The translations under genes were made by a program, and so were the position numbers. From Eledone cirrhosa (lineage: Eukaryota), in NCBI GenBank assembly GCA_964016885.1, contig OZ024742.1, positions 65,224,001 to 65,288,000 of the forward strand: DNA of 64,000 nt, read 5' to 3'. Positions 1-17,584 of the stretch are shown piece after piece. Positions within the stretch are counted from its first letter, which is position 1. Every line of letters begins with the position of its first letter. The notes beneath the pieces are model-generated. The model was not told the origin of the DNA and ran no database searches. It saw only the letters and a program-made list of their open reading frames with translations.

Positions 1-433
1 GAGACATGGGCAGCTACCGCAGAAGATATGCGACGGCTGGAGAGAAATGAGGCAAGCATGCTCCGTTGGATGTGCAGTGTAAATGTGCGTGAACGACCCA
101 GCATAAATGTGTTGAGAGAGAAACTGTGTCTGAGAGGGATAGAATGTAGTGTACGGGAGAGGAGACTGAGGTGGTATGGACATGTGATGCGCATGGAGGA
201 TGACCGATGGGTGAAGAAGTGCCAGGAAATGCCAGTTGAAGGAAGACGTAGTAGAGGTAGACCACGAAAAACATGGGCGGAGGTGGTGAGAACAGACCTC
301 AGATCATTGAAGCTCACGGTGGAGATGACGAGGGACCGTGACGAGTGGAGAGATGCTGTGCTGAATAAGACCCGTCCCACCCTTGCAAGCAGGGAAAAGC
401 GGACGTAAAATGATGATGATGATGATGATGATG
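1..433 (+). mobile_element. RTE-clade LINE 3' end (ORF C-terminus plus (GAT)n tail), truncated by window edge
   Basis: ORF 28-408 reads RRLRWYGHVMRM...GRRSRGRPRKTW...WR, the typical RTE ORF C-terminus; followed by a (GAT)n tail at ~411-433. Confidence 0.9.
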
Positions 434-2625
<2,192 letters not shown>

Positions 2626-2756
2626 GATAGATCTACCAAAAGTTTACGGTAGTGTCCAATCCGTATGAAGAACTCAATGTAATCCGGATATCATGAAAAG
2701 AAGAGATGCATTCAAAAATCACTTTCGGTGAAAGATAAACGGAAAACAGAGTCAAG

Positions 2757-3164
2757 ATAAATTATTAAAAAAATAATGAATAAACAAAGAAACAGTTCCT
2801 TATATTAAACAAAAAAAAGTTCATTATTTTACGATCGTTTCTAGGACATATATGTGTTAGAATAGGTATGCATATTCAAAAGATCTATGTACAAAATTAT
2901 ACAAACTATCAGATAGAATAAAACATACCTTCACATATATATGCTGTCTTCAGAAATAATCATTATTTCTGAAGACAGCATATATATGTGAAGGTATGTT
3001 TTATTCTATCTGATAGTTTGTATAATTTTGTACATAGATCTTTTGAATATGCATACCTATTCTAACACATATATGTCCTAGAAACGATCGTAAAATAATG
3101 AACTTTTTTTGTTTAATATAAGGAACTGTTTCTTTGTTTATTCATTATTTTTTTAATAATTTAT
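2757..3164. repeat. Near-perfect inverted repeat, arms 204/203 bp, 1-nt spacer (C2961)
   Basis: 2757-2960 is the reverse complement of 2962-3164 apart from one indel in an A/T run. Confidence 0.95.
2961..3100 (+). ncRNA. Type I hammerhead-ribozyme-like motif with ~105 nt stem II (mirror copy on minus strand, 2822-2960)
   Basis: cattattt-CTGAAGA(2969-75)-[2976-3080 hairpin]-GAAAC-GATC-GTA(3090-92)-aaataatg; 8-bp stem I, palindromic stem III ACGATCGT. Confidence 0.65.
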
Positions 3165-6352
<3,188 letters not shown>

Positions 6353-6568
6353 TAACTATAGGTCTGGGAGTACAAGCAAGAGAAAAATAGAAATAAATAT
6401 TCTTTTACTTTCTTTAGTCTTTGGACTGTAGTAATGTTGAGACATCACTTTCAATGATGTAGTGAATCATATTGACACCAATACTTAGTGATACCATGTG
6501 CGTTATTATATATACGTACACTATTCAGTTTTTTAATATACTTAGAAGTGTCCAGGATACTAATTCTT

Positions 6569-6646
6569 CACCTACTGATGAGCAAGAATTGGTATTCCTC
6601 TTCAAAATTAATTTTGCGAAACAGCCAAGCCATAGCTGTCTGGGTG
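6569..6646 (+). ncRNA. Type I hammerhead ribozyme with intact canonical core
   Basis: caccta-CTGATGA(6575-81)-GCAAgAATT...AATTTTGC-GAAAC-AGC[caagccata]GCT-GTC(6638-40)-tgggtg; all three stems pair and G10.1-C11.1 is present. Confidence 0.8.
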
Positions 6647-7844
6647 ATTGGTAGTTACCACAATTACGGTTTGTATTTATTTTCTTGATTTGTTCTTAAA
6701 TTGAGTCTGGCAAAACCTATTGCCTATAGTTAGTATTCTTTTCACCTTATCGAATCTGGTCCCTTACGATCTGAACACATATATGTATATATCTGTGTTG
6801 TTTTTCTTTTATATTCAATTATAATATACGGCTCGGAAAAATCTCTTTCCTAGAGCTATTTTATCGTAAGAGACTATTTTGAGTTTCTAACTCAATATAT
6901 ATATATATATATATATAAAATGAACTGCCTAACAGTTTGTATCTAGAAAATTCCACTAACAAGCCATTGATCAACCCAAGGAGATATACATATATTTTAT
7001 TCAAAGCTATATTTTTATAGATCGCTACTCAAAGTCTCACACTATAATCTTTGTCATTGTCTAATGGAGAGGCAGCAATTTGAAACTTGGTGTCATGATC
7101 TATGAGGATACTAATTTGAAGAAAAGTTATTCTGCTTTACCGAACTGTATTGAGCACTTGATTGTATCAGCTAATGATTAACCATGTTTTATTTATGCAT
7201 GCATGCATATATATCCCATTAAATACCAACCTGTCCAAACTGTTTCTGGTTCTATGAAACAGAACAATACGTTTTAAAGAGATCCTATTTAAACTCTTCC
7301 AACATAATTCAATAAAGAGAATTTTCTTGGGTTGTGTCACAAATACTAGCACAATGAAAAAAAAAATAATAATTTGAGTAAATCCCTTCAAATTCTTCAT
7401 TAATTAATTCAAATACAACCGTGTGTTTCAAGAGAAATACAGTAATGAAGGGGTTAAACATATATGCACACAAATTACATAAATATATGTTTCCCTATAT
7501 ACTTATAGATAAAATGATTGTACTTGAAGTTTAAATTTCCTAAGTATGTATAATCATATGTATATCAGTCTATGTCTAAACGGTTATAAACACACTATAC
7601 ACATACGTACCCAGCAGACAAAACTGAGTGGACACAACATTCCGGAACGTTTTGTCACAAGAAAAAACAAAACAAAACGAGACATTACAGAACATACAAT
7701 CACCGAACCATTATACTACGTAACAATATACACACAATTAACTGAGAAATGGGGGTGACTACACGATACTACACCATAATCACAACACAACACACCGGTT
7801 CTCTCCCTATATAGACAAATGTTCAAGTACATCACTGCTGCAAA

Positions 7845-8069
7845 TCAATCCTTTGATACTAAACCACTCCTGGTTTTAAGATACAAAATTGTTGCTAGGT
7901 TATTTATATTCATCTAAAAACCTATCATAATTTTATGTAAGAACCTTTTTGAAAACACTAGCTTAGTAACGAGAAAGTTAGTTATATGATTAAATCTCTT
8001 CAAATTCAAAATGATTTAAAAATCATAGGCAGTATGTTTCATAAGAAATATGGTAGTGAAAGCGTTAAA
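7845..8069. mobile_element. Degraded piggyBac-like MITE (related ends near 7458 and 27850)
   Basis: Degenerate termini aatcctttgatac / ggtagtgaaagcgttaa resembling TTAACCCTTT..AAAGGGTTAA ends. Confidence 0.4.
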
Positions 8070-9394
8070 ATGTTGTTTAAACCTAGGTCACCGTAGATCC
8101 ACAAATCCTCTAATCAAAGATATTCCAGCTGTTACCATACCTTGGGTGTGAAACTTAATGTTTAATTCTAACACCTGGCCTTTGGGCTCCTTTAGATCAA
8201 CTGTATTGCAAATCTTCCAAGCCCGTCTTTGCTCATCTAGGATTTGTGGTTCTTCCACCACTTTTAGAGGCCCTGTTTACGGTCACACGATTAAGTCAAA
8301 CGCGACAGTGTTTTGAGAATTACATTAACAAATATGTCCATTTTGTAAGATAGAAGAGTGTGATATGAAGAAAACTTCGGTGCTATTTCTTGCAGAATTA
8401 GTAACCATGTAGAGAGAAAGCCACCTGTATGTCTGCCTGTGTGTGTGTAGGGATATATATAGCATATATGGAAGACGCTTCAGCTGCGATAATAACATGA
8501 AAACTTTCATGTTGGTGCTACGATAAAATGCACTCGGTAGAGTGCTGGAACGTATGTAAGGGAGATGCAGCCCCCCCCCCCCCCCCAGCTTATCTGAGAA
8601 GTCAGTAGCTCCACCCTGACCCAGGCTGTGATGACCCAGTCAAACCTTGCTAGCAAGGAAAACGGATTTTAAATCATGATGAAGATGCTACGCAGACACA
8701 ACCATACTGGTTGAGTCAACAAAAAATGAGGCATGTTGAAATTAGTTAAGACGCAGGAGAGGGAGAGAGAACGAGAGAGTTGAAGGGAGGGAGGGGGATA
8801 AGAAGAATGTGAGAGTAAAAAAAAAATATTTATGAGAGAGTGAGGGAGACATTTTATCAAAGAAACAGGAATGAGAGAAAGAAAATTGGGATACTAGCAC
8901 ATTGGTAGTGATGGTCCAATGATGATATAGCTGGCCGTATCCATCGATGACCAGTGGTGAGTGAATTGTAAATTACAGTGGTTAGTTGGTAAGTAGAAGA
9001 CCAGTTCAAGTGTAAGATATATAATTTATTGTAAACCTTAAACAATAAACTTGCAGAGACAACAGAAGGGTGGTCAGTAGTGGTCAACTATTGCTTAATT
9101 ACAGTGACATGACCAATTGACCAGTAATTAATAGAAATCTGTACTAACTTTTGGGTTTTTGTATTTGACTCATTGCTAGTGAATTTTCACAAATGTACAT
9201 GCTTGTATACATACACACATCTTTATTTTATTATAGAAATGACTTCTACAGGACTAGAACTATTTCATTCGTAAAAAATCATCATTTCTATAATAAAATA
9301 ACGATGCCTATATTCTCCGAACGCATTGAGTAGCTTTTTTTAATTGTGGTCACCTCCTGGTACACATTTGGAATCCACCTATTATTATTATTAT

Positions 9395-9813
9395 ATCTCT
9401 CCAAAACCGCAGTGAGTACTACATTATTTGCACGATGTAGAAAATATTCCGCCAGCATTGCTCAAATTTAGTTGGCATCATCTTTAAAGTACACCCAAGG
9501 CTTGGGGTCCATGATAGCTGCCCACAACAAAGATCAAACTCGCATCTCATAACATTACGGCACAATTATTTCACCTCAACTGGTCCAGCTCTCTTTAACA
9601 TTACACCAAAACCACATAAAAACAGATCCCATAAAATTCAAAAAGTCTTTGGATAAATTCCCCCAAGAAAATCCGAATAAACCTACACTTGGATATATCT
9701 CCGAAAACAATAACTCTCTACTTGAGTGGGTCATGGTGTCCAAATTATAATTTGAAAGACTTCGCTAGATGGTGCTATTAAATTAGTCATAGCTTGGGCG
9801 AAAACTATCAAAG

Positions 9814-9817
<4 letters not shown>
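9395..9817 (+). mobile_element. CR1/L2-group LINE 3' end remnant
   Basis: Degraded translation TLRHNYFTSTGPALFNITP...FKKSLDKF...NNNSLLEW resembles a CR1-group ORF2 C-terminus. Confidence 0.6.
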
Positions 9818-9849
<32 letters not shown>

Positions 9850-9953
9850 TGTATATATATATTGGAATGTAGCTGTCATGTAGCAGGTACTATTCAAGTT
9901 GTTTAAGGTAATCACAAAACACTCAATGGAACCGAGAAGTTAATACATTATCG

Positions 9954-10032
9954 TCCAGAATAGCCCTTATGAAATGTAGAAAATATAGGTGGGTCCAGAA
10001 TAGCCCTTATGAAATGTAGAAAATATAGGTGG
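9954..10032. repeat. ~39-40 bp direct tandem duplication
   Basis: gtccagaatagcccttatgaaatgtagaaaatataggtgg present twice. Confidence 0.9.
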
Positions 10033-10225
10033 AATGGACAATATGCCCGTGCATAGAAATTAATAAAAAGCAACAAATAAGTCAAGGGAGATAAATCAAA
10101 TAGGCCAATGGCATGAATTTGGATAAATTCTTTTAGATAGGTAGGTATAAACTGTAAATGGTAGAATGCATTTATTTTTTACACACCAGAAACTGATGCT
10201 GAAACAGTTAATTACTAAGTTATAC

Positions 10226-10289
10226 ATTCACATGGAATGTAAAGAATGTATTTATATATATTAATACATTCTTTACATTCCATGTGAAT
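10226..10289. repeat. Inverted repeat, 27-bp arms around a TA spacer
   Basis: attcacatggaatgtaaagaatgtatt / aatacattctttacattccatgtgaat. Confidence 0.9.
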
Positions 10290-10375
10290 ATATATATATT
10301 ATTTCATTTACCAAAGGTTTCACGAAGTCAGACGAGCTTGACACAGACGTCTAGGGCAAATGCAATACGAAGGTT

Positions 10376-10434
10376 CTGACGAACGATTTCAGGCGTCTGT
10401 GTCAAGCTCGTCTGTCTTCGTGAAACCTTTGGTA
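10376..10434 (+). ncRNA. Hammerhead-like motif, partly copied as an inverted arm at 10306-10352
   Basis: CTGACGA-ACGA ttt CAGGCG...CGTCTG tct TCGT-GAAAC-C ttt G-GTA; stem I is weak (gtt/aat). Confidence 0.55.
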
Positions 10435-10510
10435 AATAATTGTCTTATGTTGTTTATTACATAACTAAATAGCTCTGTAGCCTACATAGAGCACTCTCCT
10501 TTACCTTTCC

Positions 10511-10552
10511 TACGGAAATACTTTATATATATATATATAAAGTATTTCCGTA
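10511..10552. repeat. Perfect palindrome centred on (TA)n
   Basis: tacggaaatacttt(at)n aaagtatttccgta. Confidence 0.9.
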
Positions 10553-11179
10553 TATACATACATACATACATACATACAAACAAACACATACATTGAGAGG
10601 TAGATTGTATACCTATATGTGCCTGTGCAAATCTACATAAGTTTACGTATGTACATCATACGTAAAAATATCGGATTGAGCCTACCTTAGAAATCATCAT
10701 CATGATAATTATTATCATCATTATTTTTTATCTGAGAGTGGCAGAATCGTTAGAGCATCGGACAAAATACTTTGTTTTTCACCTTTCCGCGATCGATAAA
10801 ATAAAAGCTTCCAACCCCTATCTCTAACAAAAAAATTGTTTTGGAGACCTTGCATTCCACTCTTATTCTTTTGACACACAGAAAATAAAGTTTAGTTTAC
10901 AAAACCTTAAATTAGTTCGATTGATTATTTTTAAAACCCGATTTAAATATAATTTAATGAAAAACAAACATTAAAACGAATGACATTTATAGGTAAATAT
11001 TACGCTCCTCCTTCACATACAACATTTATAATAAAGGTAATGAAAATATTGGAATATTAAAAAATATTTGTTTTGCGCTAAATGGATCCCAAAGATTTTG
11101 TAACCCAAATCTAGAAATTATACACACACACACTATATATATATATATATATATTAATGCTAAGATTACTAAGAATATT

Positions 11180-11310
11180 TGTTTCTACTTTTGTTCTTAC
11201 AGCAATTACCCAGTGTATTACTGGTACTTTATTTTATCGACCTGGTAAGGATGAAAGGCAAAGTTAACCTCGGCGGGATTTGAACTCAGAATGGCAAGAT
11301 TTCTAAGAAT
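11180..11310 (-). mobile_element. SINE family A, partial
   Basis: Reverse complement of the family A B box, core and tail. Confidence 0.8.
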
Positions 11311-12945
11311 AATGCCAGCACTATGGTGGATATCTACGCTCTACTTCTGTAGAATACTTTTCCTTCTTATTTGTAAATTTAATATTTTCATTCATCTTAG
11401 AGTAATAATGAATAATTTATGCAAACACCAAGCTTAGGACTTTTAAGATAAATAAGGTAGAGTGAAACTTTGGAATCGAATAATTTCGAAAATCTGTTGA
11501 AAAAAAAATCAAACTTAATAATTAACAATTCGGGAAAATCGATAAATTTTGCCTATTAAATGTTTTTAAAAAAATCAGTACAAAAATACTTCATAAAAAC
11601 GAACAAGAATTTTTTTTTAAATCGATAAATTTTGCATATTAAATGTTTAAAAAGATACAAAAATACACATTAAAAAGCGAATGATTTCTTCTTCATAACC
11701 ACATTAACAATTTAGATGAACCTAGTTTTGCCTGAAAAATCTTTTAATAAAAAGTACAGTGTGAATTTACAAACATTTTTACGCATAATGAGTTATGAGG
11801 TAAATGAATCTGCACCGAAATAAATAATTGGGAATTCCGGAATTGTGTGTATGTAAGGATGTTTAATATAAATAAGGTAAAACTATAAATAGCCTGTTGC
11901 TTGTTTCAAAATGTGTTTAAAGTGGATTAACAACTTGGAAATTCAGAAATTTTGCTTACGAAAAGAAAAGAAAGACCCCCCCCCCCCCCAGGTACTATAA
12001 AGTATTAGAAAACACACTCTTATAGATACTTTCTTAAAAAAAAAACACTTTATATCACGTATTATACACACGTTCGTCAGCACAATAATGATTTCTATAA
12101 AACGACCTACAGGTAATCTATAAAAATATACATTTGAATCTAGTTTTCTTTTTCTTTTCACCAAACAGAACATACAAAGCTGGTCGTATATTTGTATTTT
12201 TAAACTATTTTATTAGATTGAGTAGCTCCCACTAATAAAATCGTAAATACTGAAAAAAAAAAAAAAAAAAAGGGTTTAAACACCTACCTTAGGCCTACGT
12301 TTTCCACACATATTGGAAATGTTTGTATATCATAAAAAAATACTTATTCAAATTCGTATTATATAGTAGGTGTGCGGTGGGTAATAGACCGTGATAGTGT
12401 TGGGTACTTATATTCTTCTGTCCGCACTTTTATAAATTAAGACTATTTGCTACTTTTATTGTTGTTTTCTTCTTTTCCTCGAAGGAGGCCAGATGGATAA
12501 GGTTTTTTTAAAATAAACTATTCTTCCTTCGTTATGTCCTCGGAATGCTACCCGATTAACAATTAACAATCGAAATTAGTCAGAGAGTTGGTTCGCCAGT
12601 TGTCGTCTTCTAGGAAGGGCCGACTGACAAAAGTGAGAATATCGAGAAACTCGGTGGAAGTTTGATTGGCAGTAGGTTGACAGCAACGGGGGTAGTTATT
12701 AACGTTTCTGTAGTACAGTGAAAGAAATGTCAAACTATGTCTTTCTTTCCCCTCGCTTATCGAATACGTGTGAGTGTGTGTCTGTCTGCGTGTCTGTCTA
12801 TCTATCTCTCTCTCAATATTTACTTTCCTGCCTATCTACCTAAATATACATATTCCCACTGCCTTATTGTTGATATACATAATCAACATATCTACTTCAA
12901 TACAAATCCGATCATTTTAAAGCTTAGCCAACTTATGTAAATATG

Positions 12946-12986
12946 CTTTGTTGATGAGATCTAACGAGATCGAAACATGTCTGAGG
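12946..12986 (+). ncRNA. Degenerate minimal hammerhead (C3->T)
   Basis: tTGATGA-GATCT aacg AGATC-GAAAC-AT-GTC; palindromic ACATGT stem III. Confidence 0.55.
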
Positions 12987-13232
12987 TTTTCACCAGTTGA
13001 CTTTAATGACAACATCCATTCCTAATTGAGTTGTCCTTATTGTCAAAAAATTTGAACGAGCTGATATTGTTAGAGTTATCTCTCTTGCATTCAGTTTTCT
13101 GATTTTTAACAATCTTACCATGAGTTTTGTCTTCTAATTCCAAATATAGTCACAGTTAACTTAAGTTTTTCACACACACACATACACACCATAATTCATA
13201 GACAAAAGTTGAAGACTGGGCATCACATAAAG

Positions 13233-13427
13233 CAGGTGTGTCAAACTGAGTCCCCCAAGGTACACATGGGCCGCATATGTGTTGTTTGAGGGTCACACAT
13301 GACAACTAATTGTGCACATTGCAACCAATTTTTTAAATTTTATATTACGAAGATAAAACATGCTCGTACTGTAAAAACCTTTGTGCGGGCTGCATCCGGC
13401 CCGTGGGCCACATGTTTGACATGCCTG
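13233..13427. mobile_element. hAT (Charlie-like) MITE
   Basis: TIRs caggtgtgtcaaac / gtttgacatgcctg; perfect 8-bp TSD acataaag (13225-32, 13428-35). Confidence 0.9.
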
Positions 13428-13629
13428 ACATAAAGAACAGTTTCCAAAGTGCTGCAGAGTGAGATTAAACCTCAAACTATGCGGTTGCAAAGCAAATTCC
13501 TCAATCAGCTATACTCTGAAATACTCTCCCCCACCTATTTTTATTCCTGCATCTAACTTGGAAGGAATGGGGGTTGAAAGTCATGAGGTGCAGCCACTTT
13601 ATCCTATCTAAAAAATGTTTAAATGGACA

Positions 13630-13669
13630 TATATAACCCCCACCATATATATATGGTGGGGGTTATATG
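13630..13669. repeat. Perfect palindrome centred on (TA)n
   Basis: atataacccccaccatatatatatggtgggggttatat. Confidence 0.9.
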
Positions 13670-15639
13670 TGTCCATATATATGGATGTGTGTGTGTGTGT
13701 GTACATGTATACACACACACATATTCTCCAACATACATATATTTGTGTGTGTGTGTTTGTATATACATATATACAAGTGATTGTATGAACAAATTTATAC
13801 ATTTGTGTTAATATATACAATAGGTTGTTTGACAGGAATGTCTTTTTAGATGTTTGTTGTGGTGTTATAATAGTAGAGATATTGTTCTTGTTGTGGAGGT
13901 AGGGTGCATGTTAGTGGTGGTGTGGTGTGGTGGTAGCAGAGTAATAAATGTAGCAGTATTAGTAGTTGTAGTAGTACTAATGGTAGTAGTGGTGTTGTTG
14001 GTGGTGGTACTTGCCAGAATGAGACTCTTTTCTTTTGTTATACAGATGTACATGACTTTGGTCTTTGTTTTGTAATAGGGTGTAGAAGAAATAGGCAGTG
14101 GTACAGAGACTTTGCTTCTGCTACTGCTTGTACCACTACCACATTATTATTCCTGCTTGCGTCTGTTTGCAGGTATTCCCCCCCCCCCCCCCCCCCCGAT
14201 ATTAATAATGGTGGAGCTGGCTCCAACCAGTGAAATCAAAGCTTTATGAATAGCAGCTGACCTTGTACAGCAATCACAGACGTCCAATCAACTAGTTGTG
14301 ATTCCAATGATAGGTGGTCACCATATATAAACAAGACACCCAGACATTCATTCTAAATCCAGCTTGATTTTTCTAATGACTATTTTCCACCTTACTGTTT
14401 ATGCCATCCTGAAAGGGGCACTGGCACAATTGCACTATGAATAAACTAATGGAGGGGCATTTTGAAGAGAATTGATCTGGCAGTGACACACTCGCTGAAG
14501 ATCCCTCCAGCTGTAAATACAAATAAATATTTGGGCTGGTAGATTATTAGAGGTTTTGGAGTGGAGTATTTGTTGTTATTTTTTATATTCGATGTTCCAA
14601 TCCCATCAGAGTCAAATTTAATAAAATGAATTATTAGTTGAGGCCTGAGGTGAATGTCATCGACGTTTCTCAGCACCCCACTCTTCAACTTCGTTTTTTG
14701 TTCCTATGTAAGAAATCATTCTTAGCTGCATATTTGTTACATATTTAACAAGTTAACAAGGAATCTATATATGATATGGAAAAATGACCAAAAAAAAAAT
14801 ATATATAATTATATTAGTCAATGACTAATACTTTTTTCTTTCCCATTTTTCTTTTAAGTAAGGGAGACAACTCCATACATATTTCAGTCTTATTTAAATT
14901 CAATCAACAAAACAGGCAACACTGCACTTGCTAAATTATCATTATCATAAATGTTAAAGATCTATTTTCCATTAGACTTTTTGTCCTGTACTGACACCAA
15001 ACTTAATTCATTCCTGAAAGTCATTCGTCACCTGAAATCTTCATAAACCGAAACTATTTTTCCATATGAAATGTTGAGAGAGAGAGACTGTGTGTCAAAG
15101 ACAAATAGTAACTAACTAGACAGCAAGTGATGATTTCTCATCGATACTCCAAATTTGTTGCCAGCTTGCTTGTTCATTACTCGAGACACCATTCATGAAC
15201 TGAGATGTTTTATGTTTGGAAAAATTGTTCGTAACAATTGTGTATGTATGTATATATATATATCAGGTGATAGGAAAGCATCCATCCAACCATAGAAATC
15301 TTGTCAAACAAAAGGGTTGGGAGGATCCTCAGTTGTGTCAAAGACATGACAACCTCTCCTGTGCACTCAATGGAGTGTTGACTGTACATAAAGTGAGACA
15401 CAGAAATCTGGCTTGCCTGATTTAGTCTATGTAGACCCATCAAACCCTTTCTAGAAGAGAAAGCAGATGTTAAAACGATAATGATGATATATATAATATC
15501 ATCATCTTCATTATTATTTAACATCTATCTTCCATGCTAGCATGGGTTATTGAGAATTGTCCCACTTGAGGCAAGATTGATTGGGTGACCATGTCTCACT
15601 CATATAGGACTATATATACATATATCATACATATATGTA

Positions 15640-15790
15640 TCCCATAACTCCTTGTGGAGTCGTAGAGGCACCATCAAACGGTGTATCTAGGGCACTTTTA
15701 AACCTAGCGGAAGCTGACCCTCTCCAGGTCCGAACACAACCGATTTTTTTCTATAGAAGAAGAATCGACCCCAGTACTGGACTGGTACTT
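15640..15790 (-). mobile_element. SINE A-related variant with an alternative 3' tail (related copies 37070-37285 minus, 56635-56865 plus)
   Basis: Shared gacctggagag...tttaaaa.tgccc...gcctctacgact tail attached to the family A core. Confidence 0.5.
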
Positions 15791-15884
15791 CTTCTCCACT
15801 ACTTTTTTTCTTTTCTGCTTTACCACTCAGAAACATACAGAAAATGAGAAACAAAAATCTGATTTATCATATCATATATATATG

Positions 15885-16174
15885 TTGTGAGTTCCATTCT
15901 CAGACCGGGTGATGTGTTGTTTCCTTGAGCAAGACACTTTAATTCACATTGCTCCAGTTTACTCAGCTGTAGAAATGCGATGATAGGGACTGGGGTCCAT
16001 ATCATTCCACTGTAAAGTGGTCGTGGAGGTGCCACGGCCAAAAAGCAACCAGCACTCACTGTAAATGAGGTTGGTGTTAGGAAGGACATCCAGCTGTAGA
16101 AATCAACCCAGAATCAGTTCCCGTCCCACCCTTGCAAGCAGGGAAAAGCGGATGTAAAATGATGATGATGATGA
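15885..16174 (+). mobile_element. SINE family B (tRNA-derived, CORE/V-like middle, RTE-derived tail), 5'-truncated
   Basis: tgtttccttgagcaagacactt core; tail cccgtcccacccttgcaagcagggaaaagcgga(t)gtaaaa(tga)n matches RTE 371-433. Confidence 0.85.
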
Positions 16175-16399
16175 TATATATATAGGGAACGAAGTGAAAG
16201 AAGAAATTAAGATAAGTTGAAGAAGAAGAATGAGTGAAGAAAATGACAAAAAGATGAAGATAAAATAACAAGAGGACAAAAAACATTAAAAAAACTATCC
16301 CCCACCCCACCCCCATCTCATAAGGAAGTTTTAGATAAAAGCTAATCTGTCAAAATCAATTATTGAGACTTCAGTGAATTGAGAGATGACAGCTCTGAT

Positions 16400-16614
16400 T
16401 TGAATGTCTTAGGAAAGAATCGCTGGACAGATTTTACAGGCAAAAACCAACTAACAGGAGACCCAGGGGTAGACCCCTAGTAAGATGGTTGGATAACATC
16501 CATGAGCTTGGCTGGTCTCACTTGGGGATCGAACCGGATCAATTGGAAACTGGAAGGCATGTGTGAGGATTCTGCCCCTACAACCCTCCCAGGAATAGGT
16601 GAATGAAGAAGAAG
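16400..16614 (+). mobile_element. RTE LINE 3' fragment with (GAA)n tail, same family as 57065-57822
   Basis: High similarity to 57590-57820 (GRPxGRP...RWLD...LGWS). Confidence 0.75.
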
Positions 16615-17584
16615 CAGCTAATCTGTCATCCAATTATCAGAGAGAGAGGGGTAGAGGGAAGGGAAGATAAGAGAGAGAGGGACGGAGAAAGAGATAAAGA
16701 AGCAGATCTGAACATGTGTGTGTATTTTTCACATTCTCATCATTATTATTACATGTGTTATCTTGTTCCACATGTAAGCAGGAATTCATCAACAGATTAC
16801 ACCAAGGCCAATATTATCTCACATCACCCCACTCTGGTCACTGTAAGAAGCAATGAGGGAATCTCTATGTAGCAATTTAGTTTGATAGAAACGGCAACCA
16901 ATACCTTTTTAAATCATAGTTTGTTTTTTCTTGTAAAAAACAAAATGATATATTAGATAATACAGTTGGAGGAAAGCTATATCTGAGAAAACAAGATAGC
17001 CACGGTTAGAATGCCTTTTCTAAAGCATTTACTCTTATTCAGATCTGACTGGTGCTAAACTGGAACAAATCAATGTACACACACACACTCCTTTATTCAC
17101 CAGACAAACTGCTTGATAATTGATAATGCATGAGTTATAAATATCTCAGTACATCTGCTTGCTGGGCCTCAGGAAGCTGGAAGAACACACAATAACCAGT
17201 GAAGTTACTTGTGATAGACTAGAGTTCTATCCAGGGTCTTTTTTTTTAAGACAATCCAGTCTTTTATTCAAAGAGTGTATCTAATATTACATTCTCTAAT
17301 ATGTCCTTCAATTATTATTATTTATTATTTTTTTTTATTTTTATTTATTATTAAACCGTGATCTAAGGGTGATAACGTTTAACACTCATCTCCTGGTTCC
17401 CTCACAGAATTACATGTTACCATTTTGGTTAACAGAACTGAGTGAACTTTGATGACATAATGTCTTTGAATTGGAAGTGAGCTTGATACAGTTCAAATAT
17501 CTTAAATAAGAAATTTGGTATATGGATTTGAGAAGTTTCAGCTTTTATGTTCCTATCCACTCTGCTTTGAAAGAGAATCTTTAG

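Noticed and set aside
12025-12090. Hammerhead-like CTGACGA-ACGT..ACGT on minus strand
   Set aside because: GAAA box reads GATA and stem III is not convincing.
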